Source: Moniliella sp. 'wahieum' (Eukaryota). Taken from it: a stretch of DNA of 64,000 nucleotides. The stretch is from assembly GCA_003971905.1 (NCBI GenBank), contig RSEE01000046.1, positions 434,001 to 498,000 on the forward strand, written 5' to 3'. How positions within the stretch are numbered: position 1 is the stretch's first letter; every line of letters starts with the position of its first letter. Position numbers and translations under genes: made by a program. Below are positions 12,935 through 22,810 of this stretch, one piece after another. The notes below the pieces were generated by a model. The model was not told where the DNA came from, did not search any database, and saw only the letters and a program-made list of their open reading frames with translations.

Positions 12935-15900
12935 CCCCCGCTGACCGGAGGGCCCAGTCATGTGGACTGGATCCATCTCCTCGACGCGGAGTTGAGCAAG
13001 ATGGCTTGTCAGGGCGGGACGGCCGAGAGGCTTGGTGAGGACGTCCGCTGGGTTCCTTTCGCCGGGGATGTGTACAAGTATGGCCTCGCCCGAGTCCACG
13101 TGTTGCCGTACATTGTGGTACCGGATCTTCAGCTCTCGGAGCTTGCCGGTGCTGCCAAATTTGTGGGCGAGATCGACGACAGACTTATTGTCGCAATACC
13201 AATGAATGGGTGTACCCTCGCCGATGGCCCCAAGCTCGATCATGATGTTCTTGACATAGTTGGCGTCAACCAGTCCATCATATCCTGCCGTATATTCGGC
13301 GGCGGCGGTACTGGTAACGCTCTTCGGCTGAAGAATGGATCGCCACGACACCGGCACACCGTACACCATCAGTAGGCATCCAGATGTGGAGCGTGCCTGG
13401 ATGGGATCTCCCGCCAAGTCGGAATCTGTATACAGCGCAATGGCCGGTGCATCTGATGTTGGGGTCAACCTCAGGCCCTTTCCTCGAGTATGGTACAGGT
13501 AGCGAAGGAAGTCATCGACTGCTTGATGATGCTGCTGCGATGGGTCGGCAGCGGCTCTGCTGAGGGCCGTGATAGCGAAGAGGGAGTCAGGCCGGCCCAT
13601 TCGTGCAGCCCACAGTCCCGATCCGATCTTCCCCTGATATGCCTTGCGCAAGGCTGGGAGGGATGGGGGTTCAGGGTCGGCACGGGGCGGTATCATCCGT
13701 ACGGGATGTGGGAGAGTCCGGATCCACGGGGCTTTGATGTGGTGCTTTGCCACCACTTCCTCGATGAACTTTGGTTGGCTCAGGTACAGCTCCCCACCGA
13801 TCCGATCGTATTGGCATCCCAGGTGGTAGTGAAGGGGACCGTTACCACGAACATCAATGTGTGTGTTTATCTCGGCCATAAACTCCTCGTACTTTTGGTG
13901 TGACTTGCATGCGAGGAGCAGATCGTCGGTGTGGACCGCCAGGAGGATCTGCTCACCCGGTGGTGCAGCGCGCACGAACAAGCAGGGCTCGGTCAAGCTT
14001 TGCGTGAAGCCGAGCTTGTCACGCAGCAGGTTCCGGATGTATCGTGCCCAGTTTGCTCCGCTCTGATGTAGCCCGTATAGACTCTTCTTGAGACGCCACA
14101 CGCGACCACCCGCTTCGGGGAAGTAGGGGGGTGGGCGGATGTAGACTGCTTCTTCGAGGGGGGCGTTCAGGTACGCTGCATTGACGTCCGCCGAGAAGAG
14201 GCCAAACTTATACTTCTCGGCCAGCACGACGAGGGTCAGGATGGCAGGTGTGCGCACCGATGGTGCGAACGTCTGGCCCCAAGTCTCGGCCGATTGTTGG
14301 TGTCCGCCCGCGACAAAGCGCGCGCGGTGGCGCAGGAACCGGCCCTCGGCGTCCGTCTTTGTGGTGATGCGCCATAGTCCTATGAGGATTTGTGCACCCG
14401 GTGGTGGGTACGTAGCCTCGTAGGTGCCGTATCGCGCGAGTGTGGCCACCTCGTCGGCCATAGCCTGCTTGACCATGGCAAAGGAGGGGTGAGTCTCGAG
14501 ACCCTTGAGCGTCTTGGGAGCGAGGGGTACGCCATCCTTGGTGAGCTGAACCGTGTCCGGGTGGATGGGTGCGCTGAGAGCAGTCATGGCGGCGTATTCG
14601 GGAGGTTGAACTGTGTCGGCAAACGGGGGGGCGGATGTGTCAGGTAGGGGGCGGGCGATGCCGATCTCTGGTGCGGCGCAGTGGGGCGTGGCGGCTGCAG
14701 CACGAGCATGGTAGGTCGTGTCGGTGGGGTCGTCAGCGATTGGGAGTGTGTGCAGGTCGAGGGAGGTGCGGGTGGTGCGCTGGCGGAGGGGGTAGCGGCG
14801 GGGGGGGGTGGTGGTGGGAGCGGGTGTCTGGGGTGTGGCGGCGGTTCGGGGCATGGGTGCTGCCGCGGCTGGCGGAGTAGGGTTAGCGTCTTTTTCACTG
14901 TCGATTTTAATTTGAGGTGATTTGGAGATGTCGGGTGGGAAGTGGTCGGGGTGGAGATGGGGGTAGATGGCGTTGCCCCATTTGTACGGTTTCGACCAGC
15001 GGTAGGTGAAGGTACCCAGGGATGGTTGGTATGTGGCGAAGAGCCATCCCTTTGATCCGCGCTGATGGTGGTATCCTACCAGCATACCTTCCTCTGCCCG
15101 CGCGCTGAGCTTGTGCTCGCGGCGTGACTCGGGCAGATGGAGGTATGCAACGCGGCCAAAGGGTTGCATCGGTAACGAGTATGCGTGGCCTTTGTATCGC
15201 TCAAATCGCGATTTGTTGTCTTCCCCGGATGTTTTGAGTGGCATTTGGTTTTGGGTGAAGCACGCAGCGTGGAGGCTGTGTTCCCACCAGTCCGACGTCG
15301 GAAGACCTGTACCCAAGAGCAACTGCCTTGCACGAGTCGTTATGGTTCGGATGGCACGCTCAGCCACACCGTTGCTAGCACTCTGCCCCGGGATTGTCCG
15401 TTCTGACGTGATGCCTTGCTCGTCCAGAAAAGGTTGCAGTGCGCTTGTCAATTCGGGGGCGTTGTCCGTGCGCAAAGTCCGCAGCAGTCTGTCCGGGCCG
15501 TAGCGTTGCTCCCGCAATATGAGGTTCCGCAGTTCCTTCGTTGCAGCGCCCTTTGTCGGGATCGCTGTGGTGAAGACGTACCGCGTGAAGTCATCAACGG
15601 CGACGAGGGCGTATCCGTGCCCCATGCCGGTTACCCGGGGGAGGTCTACTACGTCGACGTGGAGGACCTCGAAAGGTCTTTTGGATCGGAGGCGGTCCCG
15701 GCTCGGATGGGGCGATGCTGTCGCTAGTGCCACCGCGCATGTTGGGCAATCCCACTCTGAACGACAGAGGGAGATATGCTTGGCTGTGACGCGGAGGCCT
15801 GCGGTTTCCGATCGTGTAAGCCAGGGGAGGAGGTCGATGGCTGCGTGGTTCCAGCGTTTGTGGGCTTTAGAGACGTGGTCCAGGGCCAGGGATGCTGCGA

Positions 15901-16369
15901 GGGAGTTTGGGGTTGAGGGTGGGTCGGCCGGTTTGATCGGTTTGGTCGCCATGGCCCGCAGGGGTGTGGGTGGCGTTCGCGGGTTGTGTAAGATCGTGAA
16001 TTGATAGTCACTGCCGGTTACTTTTCGTAGGGTGGATCCTGGGTTACCAAGCCAGATACCCTTCTGGTGTGGGGCGAAGTATGATGCGATTCCGGTGTTC
16101 GACAGGTGTGCTACACTGACGAGATTTCGGCTGAAACGGGGCATGTATAGGCTGTTGGGGAGTTTTATCTCCATTTGGTGTCCTCCTAAGCATCGGATAC
16201 GGATTGTGGCCGTGCCTCGTCCTTCCGCCTTTACATGTGTCCCGTTAGCAACCTCTATCTCGTCGTCGCAAGGGGTCATGGATGTGAAGACGGATTTGTC
16301 TTTCCAAATGGATGGGAATGCCCCACTGTCATATAATGCCCGGATGATTCGCATTTCGCCCCCGAGTTC
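12929..16369 (-). CDS. pol: Copia Pol polyprotein (protease, integrase, reverse transcriptase, RNase H)
   Basis: Protease YDSGA. Integrase HKRWNH...CPTC, LHVDV, RTDNAPE, NGVAERAIRT, LVGY...KGW. RT RARFVAGG, DVNAAYLNAPL, LKKSLYGLHQSG, VHTDD. RNase H YTDSD, AEY, CDNKS, NPADVLTK. The ORF is uninterrupted. Confidence 0.97.
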   Translation of the reverse strand, partial: ELGGEMRIIRALYDSGAFPSIWKDKSVFTSMTPCDDEIEVANGTHVKAEGRGTATIRIRCLGGHQMEIKLPNSLYMPRFSRNLVSVAHLSNTGIASYFAPHQKGIWLGNPGSTLRKVTGSDYQFTILHNPRTPPTPLRAMATKPIKPADPPSTPNSLAASLALDHVSKAHKRWNHAAIDLLPWLTRSETAGLRVTAKHISLCRSEWDCPTCAVALATASPHPSRDRLRSKRPFEVLHVDVVDLPRVTGMGHGYALVAVDDFTRYVFTTAIPTKGAATKELRNLILREQRYGPDRLLRTLRTDNAPELTSALQPFLDEQGITSERTIPGQSASNGVAERAIRTITTRARQLLLGTGLPTSDWWEHSLHAACFTQNQMPLKTSGEDNKSRFERYKGHAYSLPMQPFGRVAYLHLPESRREHKLSARAEEGMLVGYHHQRGSKGWLFATYQPSLGTFTYRWSKPYKWGNAIYPHLHPDHFPPDISKSPQIKIDSEKDANPTPPAAAAPMPRTAATPQTPAPTTTPPRRYPLRQRTTRTSLDLHTLPIADDPTDTTYHARAAAATPHCAAPEIGIARPLPDTSAPPFADTVQPPEYAAMTALSAPIHPDTVQLTKDGVPLAPKTLKGLETHPSFAMVKQAMADEVATLARYGTYEATYPPPGAQILIGLWRITTKTDAEGRFLRHRARFVAGGHQQSAETWGQTFAPSVRTPAILTLVVLAEKYKFGLFSADVNAAYLNAPLEEAVYIRPPPYFPEAGGRVWRLKKSLYGLHQSGANWARYIRNLLRDKLGFTQSLTEPCLFVRAAPPGEQILLAVHTDDLLLACKSHQKYEEFMAEINTHIDVRGNGPLHYHLGCQYDRIGGELYLSQPKFIEEVVAKHHIKAPWIRTLPHPVRMIPPRADPEPPSLPALRKAYQGKIGSGLWAARMGRPDSLFAITALSRAAADPSQQHHQAVDDFLRYLYHTRGKGLRLTPTSDAPAIALYTDSDLAGDPIQARSTSGCLLMVYGVPVSWRSILQPKSVTSTAAAEYTAGYDGLVDANYVKNIMIELGAIGEGTPIHWYCDNKSVVDLAHKFGSTGKLRELKIRYHNVRQHVDSGEAILVHIPGERNPADVLTKPLGRPALTSHLAQLRVEEMDPVHMTGPSGQRGC

Positions 16370-17617
16370 CTAGTAGTCAGCTGTGCCCGCATCAACGTCA
16401 ATCACTTCAGACTCGGGAGAGCTCGCTCTCTGAGCGACGTGAGCGTTGGCTCGGCCTGGGTTGCGCGGAGGGACAACAGGTTTATTAGACGTCGCGCTGC
16501 GCCAGGGTTGGTTGGTGCGGTCTTGCCCCTTGGTCTTTGTGTCCGCGAGGTTGTCGTCGCCGGCTTTGCCCCCGCTGGAGTTTTTTCCCCCGCTGGTGGG
16601 TCGTCCCCCGCTGTCGGGTCGAGTCCAAGGCGTTCCTCCGTTGACCGGCTTGCCTCCGTTTCTCTTCCTTTCTCCACCGGGATACGTGGCGGCTGGTATG
16701 TCCATCACGGCCTGCCGTAACTTGTCTAGACTCGAGCGCTCTTCACGCTGGCGAATGCTCATGTCGCGTAAGCCGAGTAGGATCCCAGTGCGTTCCTGCT
16801 CTTCCGTAAGTGGGATGCCCGCTCGCGTCAGGCTTGCACTGATCTCTTCCATGTAGTCGAGGTAGTCTCGACCCGATCGGTTTCCTTGGTCGGCCGAAAA
16901 GTAGCGAATGAGTAGAGGCCCTCTGTTTGCGGTAGGCGTATATCCATACCGCTGACGCAGCATGTTCAGCGTGTCCTGGGTGCATGATATTTCGTGGTGG
17001 GTGCGGATCGTCCGGAAGAGGGTTGACGGCATGGCTTCCCTAAGAAGGTTGTGCAAGCGTCTGTCGAGGTCCTCGGTGAAGTAGCGGGAGCTGCGACCAT
17101 TCTGGACGACGTCGCTTGCGTGGGGGTGGGCATCTGTTATCGCGAAGAGAAATTCGTCTTCCCAAGCGCTGTAGGCGGACGGGTCTTTGTTCAGATCAGG
17201 CCACTTGATATTCTTGGTGGGAGACTCGCGTAGTGATCTGTAAAGGTCGTACTCGGGTCGCGAGGCTGCGCCTGTAGGTGCCCCCAAAGTTGCGTTGGGT
17301 TGAGTTTCCATTTGGTGGATGTTTTGCACCACAAAATTCGTAGCCCGTCGAACCCAGTTTGTCGTGATAGACGTAGGTTCGTCCTTCCATCCAAGCCACT
17401 CGGCTCTGTCGTGTATAGCTCTGTTGATCTTCTCTTTAACGACATCGATGTCGTTCGTCTTCTTGAACCACAGGTGCGCTTCGGCGCAAAGCATCATGAG
17501 TTCCTCGTTGTCGGTGCCAATCGGTGGCGGATCGCGACCGGTTGGTGTCCAGTAATCGCGCTTGTTCACCATTGTGGTGTCGCTGACCGAGAGATCGGTG
17601 TTAGCGTTGGCGCCCAT
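16370..17617 (-). CDS. gag: Copia Gag (no CCHC knuckle visible)
   Basis: Long ORF between the 5' LTR and pol; first ATG outside the LTR is at 17617 (MGANANT). Gag-like helical core (YSAWEDEF...DYLDYMEEISASLTRAG...ILLGL) and basic Gly-rich C-terminus. Confidence 0.85.
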   Translation of the reverse strand: MGANANTDLSVSDTTMVNKRDYWTPTGRDPPPIGTDNEELMMLCAEAHLWFKKTNDIDVVKEKINRAIHDRAEWLGWKDEPTSITTNWVRRATNFVVQNIHQMETQPNATLGAPTGAASRPEYDLYRSLRESPTKNIKWPDLNKDPSAYSAWEDEFLFAITDAHPHASDVVQNGRSSRYFTEDLDRRLHNLLREAMPSTLFRTIRTHHEISCTQDTLNMLRQRYGYTPTANRGPLLIRYFSADQGNRSGRDYLDYMEEISASLTRAGIPLTEEQERTGILLGLRDMSIRQREERSSLDKLRQAVMDIPAATYPGGERKRNGGKPVNGGTPWTRPDSGGRPTSGGKNSSGGKAGDDNLADTKTKGQDRTNQPWRSATSNKPVVPPRNPGRANAHVAQRASSPESEVIDVDAGTADY

Positions 17618-17671
17618 GGTTGTGGGTGTAGTTTTGGCCAGCTCAGGGATGAGCAGATAAGGATGTAACTC

Positions 17672-17831
17672 TGTCGGCCTCGCTACTACCACAGAATGTG
17701 AGCACTGAACGTCGTATTGGACTAAGAAGCTTCTGCGACTGACTCGTCCAGAAGACTGGTGCGAGCTCGGAAGGAATGAAAGCTGACTCACGTGACTCAG
17801 GGTCCGCGCGGTCCTAGGACGGATGTCAACA
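17672..17831 (-). repeat. 5' LTR of the copia element
   Basis: Matches 12775-12934. Confidence 0.97.
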
Positions 17832-17836
17832 AAACT

Positions 17837-20800
17837 TAAGCTTTATGGCCTCAGCGCGCTGACATGTATCACAGCGCCTCAGCGTGGGCTGCCGCGCTTG
17901 GGTAGAGTTATACAAGTGGCATAATACAGGTTGCCCTCCGTAACGCAGGAAGGCGTGAACGCCCAAACGGTGAACGTGAACGGATTCTATAGCGCATAGC
18001 GCTGGGCCGTGGCAGGTGGCGACCCAAATCCTGAGGAAAGAGGGTTATGAGAGGGGCTCCACAGCATTATGCATTTTTTACAGGAGGTCCGCCGCAGCCA
18101 ACTAGTAAAACAGTCCTACGTTTGCAACTCATGTATCTAACGTGTACCCGTACCCGCAACTCAATAACCGGGGCGAAGCGGCAACCGCGGCCTACTCCAG
18201 GAAGAAACACATGTGCCCCCATGTGCTCGCACATACCCTCACGCGCATCTCATCCGTGGCCTTCTCGCGGCAGGCGGGGCCTCAGCTTGAGGCGCCAGCG
18301 CCTCAGCGCTTCAGCTCGGCCCACATGGCTCGGACACCTAAAGAAATATTCCGTATCTCGCCAACATTTTAACGTTAAAACGTGTTTAGTGTAGTCTTGT
18401 CACCGGGTCACCGCGCTCATGCTCTGAGCCTCTCAGATCTCAGGCTCGGACGCTCATATGCATCACAACGCTCAGCCTAAGCGCTCACATGCATCACAGG
18501 CCTTCGCCTGAGGCGCTCAATCGCCCTCTCATCGATCCGAGTCCAGCATCGCACATGCGTCACGTATAGTGGATGAGATGGAAAGCGGAGTTGTGGGTAT
18601 ATAACCGCGATATGACCGGTAACCGGGGTAACCACACACAGCATTAAAAACCAGTGCGCTCTTTCTGGATCCACGGAGCGACAAGGCAAGGTAGATAGAT
18701 GGTGCTACACCAACAGCCAGGCTACAGTCGAGCACGAGGCCTGAGGCCTGAGGTGTATTCCTCGATTCAGCAGTTGTGAAGGAGGGATCGAATGCTCCCA
18801 TCGCTCCCTCGATGACGCGGCAATAACACTCAGTATAATGGCCCTCGCTGGTGTGCATGAAGATGCATGATGCTCATGATGCGGAATGGTGTGGCTTCTC
18901 GCATCGTACATGGATACAGCCTCATGAATACGTTTCTCAGTCACGAAGTAGGTCGGGCGCCTGTGGCCAACTCTGCAAGCCCCTTCGCTCCCTCACCTCA
19001 AAAATGCTTGAAGCACCTCTCGTCAAGCCTGTGAGCCTCACGCCAGAGCCTTACGCCTCAAGTTAAGAACCCATATGGTTCTCGCTTCTGCTGTTCTGTC
19101 CACCGACCAGACCTGGAGGCAACTGGCTGATTGACGTCCCGGGAGTAGGTATCGTTTTGGTTGGCTCCCAGCTGCACTATTATGCCACCCTCGCTAGGGC
19201 TTCAGGGCAGTATGCCTCATCGATCATCCTGAGAGCTGATGCTGACGGTCAGCGCACTCGCATACTCAGCCACACGTCGATGTGTGACATTTGATCGATG
19301 ATCAATTCTCAGATCTCACCCTTCGCATCACAAACCTCGCATCCTTCTGCTTTGCCCGGCACGTGCACATGTGAGTCAGATTGCACGCACATGTCATACC
19401 TTGGCTTGTGGGGTGGTGTATGGAAGGGCCTGGGAGGGCAGGACAGGGCAGGACAGGGCAGAGCAGGGCGGGCAGAGCAGGGCAGAGCAGGCAGAGCAGG
19501 GGCAGAGCAGGGCAGAGCAGGGCAGAGCAGGGCAGAGCAGGGCAGAGCAGGGCGTAGAAGGGCGTGTGGTACGGGGTGGATGCATGGCGATGATCGATGA
19601 TCGAGAACATCCAACATCCGGTCGCCAGAGCCCCATTCATATTCATGCATCATGCATCATGCCCATGCATCATGTATTCGACAAGAAACATGTAGCGACT
19701 AGCCAGGTTGCGAGCAGCGTGCAACCAGCTACTCTGGCCCAGAAATCGGGACCCTTCCAAACCCTTGCTCTCCCAGAGTCCTGGGATCGGGCACGCCCAG
19801 ATCGTCGTCTCTGCGTGTGAACGTGACGCGTCGGAGACGGAGTGGGAGGTCCAAATCGGTGATCTATTTCAGATCTCAGATCTCAGATAATCGATAATCT
19901 CGATAATCTCAGATCGCAAGCCCTGGGGCTGGCGCCTGACACAGTTTTCAGAATGCGACACAGGAGACCCGCGCCCTCGCTGCAATGGGGGTGGCTTGGG
20001 CACCACTCACACAGCGCCTTCGGCCGCAGGAGTGGAGCTTGGTGGAGCTCGCTAGCGCCTCGTGCGAGGCCGCGCGGGAGGGCTGGCAGGGCACCAGCAG
20101 GGCACCGTAGGATGCACTCATTATACCAGTCGATTCAAGCTTGAAGCTTGAAGCTAGAAGCTTGAAGCTGAAGCTATTAATTCTATTAGTGACTAGTGAC
20201 TAACTTGACTAGTGACTGTGACCATGTGACCAGTGATTAATGATTAGCAGTAGACCACTTTCAGTGTGGCAAACGGTCTCGGAGGTCCATTCCCATACAT
20301 CATGCATGCATGTCATGCAAGCCCCAAAAAGGGGGCCAACAGAAGGGTCCTTCGGCCTTACATCCCCGAGATTACCGGTTGCCGGTTACCGGTTAGATCT
20401 TAGACCTTAGGATGCAGGCCTGGGTCGCAGACATCCTGTTACATGTTAGTCCGGTCAGGGCCAGGTCACCGGTCAGGCCCCGGTCACGGTCAGGCCAGGC
20501 CGCTGAGTACCGCCGTCGTGGATCTTGCAGCTGCCCGTGCTGGTTCTATCTGCGACCATTGGCGGCATCCGCACGTTTAATTTGGGCTACAAGTTCCCCC
20601 GTCCTAAACCGTCCATTGAATATTGATATTGAGCGTCCTGCTCAGCCTGAGCGGAGCGCGCTGAGCCACGGAGCATAAATATAGGCTGACGCGACGCCTT
20701 GACGTCCATCTTTGATGCGCAGGTACACTATCAGAAGACTCAGTTGGGCATGGTACTCATGCTCGGGCTGTCTGGCTCTGATGCACCTGATGCTGGTGGC

Positions 20801-20860
20801 TGCTATTGGCAAGTTTTCTGCTGTCTCGGACAGCCTTCACATGTGATGTCACATGTCACA
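17837..20860. repeat. Long non-coding region with many TNA+palindrome micro-arrays
   Basis: GAGGCCTGAGGCCTGAGG (~18736), TCAGATCTCAGATCTCAGAT (~19869), TCAAGCTTGAAGCTTGAAGCT (~20135), GTGACTAGTGAC (~20189), TTACCGGTTGCCGGTTACCGGTTAGATCTTAG (~20372), TCACATGTGATGTCACATGTCAC (~20837). Confidence 0.75.
19435..19553 (+). repeat. Pentamer-based tandem repeat (GGGCAGAGCA)n with GGACA variants
   Basis: Read directly; a related degenerate tract lies at ~11995-12030. Confidence 0.9.
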
Positions 20861-21351
20861 CAGCCGCTCTAGCCTGCTCCAGCTGCGGCTGTGGCTACAG
20901 CCACAATCACCTAAACTTAAATTGCCACTCCAACCTCCACCAGCCACGCGTCACGATCCACGCGCCACACCATTGCATTGCTAGCACCCCCAAAACGCCC
21001 CTCCAGCACACACGATCTTGCTCAGCGCTCATCGACCCATTGATCGCTTTGTACCTATAGTAATAGATCGCAAAAGCCCTAATAAGCGGTTGTCTGAATA
21101 CACCGTGACAAAGTGCTAGTGAAATGCAGCGACGTACTACGGCAGGCAGATGCGTGGTCTGAGATCTGAGCTACCAACAGAAGCATGATCGAGAACGAGG
21201 TAACGAGTTGAGCGAAGTGGGGATGGTAAGAAAGAACAGAGGAATGCGCCATCGGTGTCTACTACACGTGTGGCTTCCAATTGGAATAAAATGTGGAGGT
21301 GCCACGTGGGAGCGCAGCGCAGGCCAAGTCTAGACCAAAAATCTCCAACTA

Positions 21352-21545
21352 CTAGAAGACCACCGGGCCTACGGCCCGGTCAGCTGGGGCTTCGCCCCAG
21401 CTTGGTGTGCTTGGTGCTGCGTCGCCACCTTAGCCACCGTTCCACCGGTCCACCGTAGCCACCGTTCCACGCTGGAGGGGCGAATTTTATCACCCATATG
21501 CATCGGCCTGGCTGCGGCTGTCTGGAACGTGCCAGGTGGCATGCT
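21352..21545 (-). mobile_element. Putative Helitron-like 3' end, copy A
   Basis: The minus strand reads hairpin AGCTGGGGC-GAA-GCCCCAGCT, hairpin ACCGGGCC-GTA-GGCCCGGT, then GGTCTT-CTAG|T. Homologous to 37850-38072 in the opposite orientation. Confidence 0.6.
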
Positions 21546-21921
21546 GATGTACAATTTTACGCAGCGGGGGAAAAAAACCGTTCCAATTTTATTAAGAAGG
21601 GAGATATAGGGCAGTGCCACTTACAGCAGCCATGGTGCAACGGAGAAATATATATGAAACCCGGTCCTGACTCCGGTGTAGACCTTGTGGGTCATCAATT
21701 CATTCGACAAAAGGAAAGGGGTCATGCGCCCACAACGCGCTCATAGCGTTCAGAAGATCGATGAGCTCGCCGAGTTATTCAGCTCCCAGATTCTGGTTTC
21801 TCCCTTTTGCAGAGATAATTGCTGCGGTGCATGTAGTTCGCAAGACCAACATCAGTCTCTCTCCTCTCAATATTCTTGCTGTCACCTTTTTTGATCTCAA
21901 GGCAAACAGTCGTATCACTGG

Positions 21922-22092
21922 CCCTTTCCCTTTCCCTTCCTTTCCCTTTCCCTTTCCCTTTCCCTTCCCTTTCCCTTTCCCTTTCCCTTTCCCTTTCCCT
22001 TTCCCTTTCCCTTTCCCTTTCCCTTTCCCTTTCCCTTTCCCTTTCCCTTTCCCTTTCCCTTTCCCTTTCCCTTTCCCTTTCCCTTTCCCTTT
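21922..22092 (+). repeat. (TTCCCT)n hexanucleotide microsatellite, ~170 bp pure pyrimidine
   Basis: Read directly from the sequence. Confidence 0.98.
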
Positions 22093-22659
22093 GATGGGAA
22101 ATTGACTGAACCACGGTGACTTCCCACAGTCCATAAACACGACGGCCTTCCTTTCGGTCATCAGTTCTGGCCCAAATGTGAAATAGACCTGTACTATCAG
22201 TTATTATCTGAGTGGCATTTTTCTCCTCTTACGAGACCTTACGGTTAGCGGGAATTTTTGTCCATCAACTCGTTATCGTCGAGCTAGTTTCGGCCTACGA
22301 TTTGAACATCGTCGAAGGAGACCCAAAAAGGTGGCCACAGCATCGTTAGGAGTGTCAGACTCGCGCCATATGCTGGGGGAGGGGGGGCTTGACCCACATC
22401 TGTGGGCCCCTCTATAGCGTGATTCCTATTAGAACATGCACCAAATCCTGCGACCACCTTTCAGCTGTTCCCACTTCCTTCATGAAGTACATATACCTCC
22501 TGTCCGTTCCGCAATTTATATCCATCCATCTGTTGCCTTCTTTTCCTCCCTACCTCTCACGTTTTGCCGGCATACAGAAAAACACCTCTCTCTGACTTCG
22601 CGCCGCATCGCTGCATAGGCAGCTCCTATGTGAGAGTATATAGATATAACAACAGTTCT

Positions 22660-22810
22660 TCGCCTCTCGAGTGTCTCGCTCTTTCCCTGTTTTTCTGATT
22701 CGCTCCATGACCTCTGTTTTGGCATGTTTCTTCCCCCCCAACGATTCGTACATTCATCGACCTTGTGTCGACTCTCTGGTCTCCCTCGCCTTAAGTGCCC
22801 CGACTGTCAA
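22660..22810 (+). repeat. Dispersed repeat, copy 1 of 3
   Basis: GTCTCGCTCTTTCCC...CCATGACCTCTG...AACGATT...CTCTGGTCTCCCTCGCCTT...GCCCCGACTGT, shared with 25440-25610 and 61096-61260. Confidence 0.7.

Larger units (their letters stand above)
12775..17831 (-). mobile_element. Full-length Ty1/copia LTR retrotransposon, recently inserted
   Basis: Two 160-bp TG...CA direct repeats, identical by eye. 5-bp target-site duplication AAACT at 12770-12774 and 17832-17836. Domain order gag-PR-IN-RT-RH. Confidence 0.98.

Noticed and set aside
17618..17791. N-terminal gag extension in the ORF track
   Set aside because: It begins at a non-ATG codon inside the LTR; ATG 17617 is the more plausible start.
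21922..22092. Interstitial telomere
   Set aside because: The unit is AGGGAA, not TTAGGG, and nothing else suggests a chromosome end.
21761..22161. ORFs encoding poly-GK, RE, FP or SL
   Set aside because: Artefacts of the stop-free (TTCCCT)n microsatellite.
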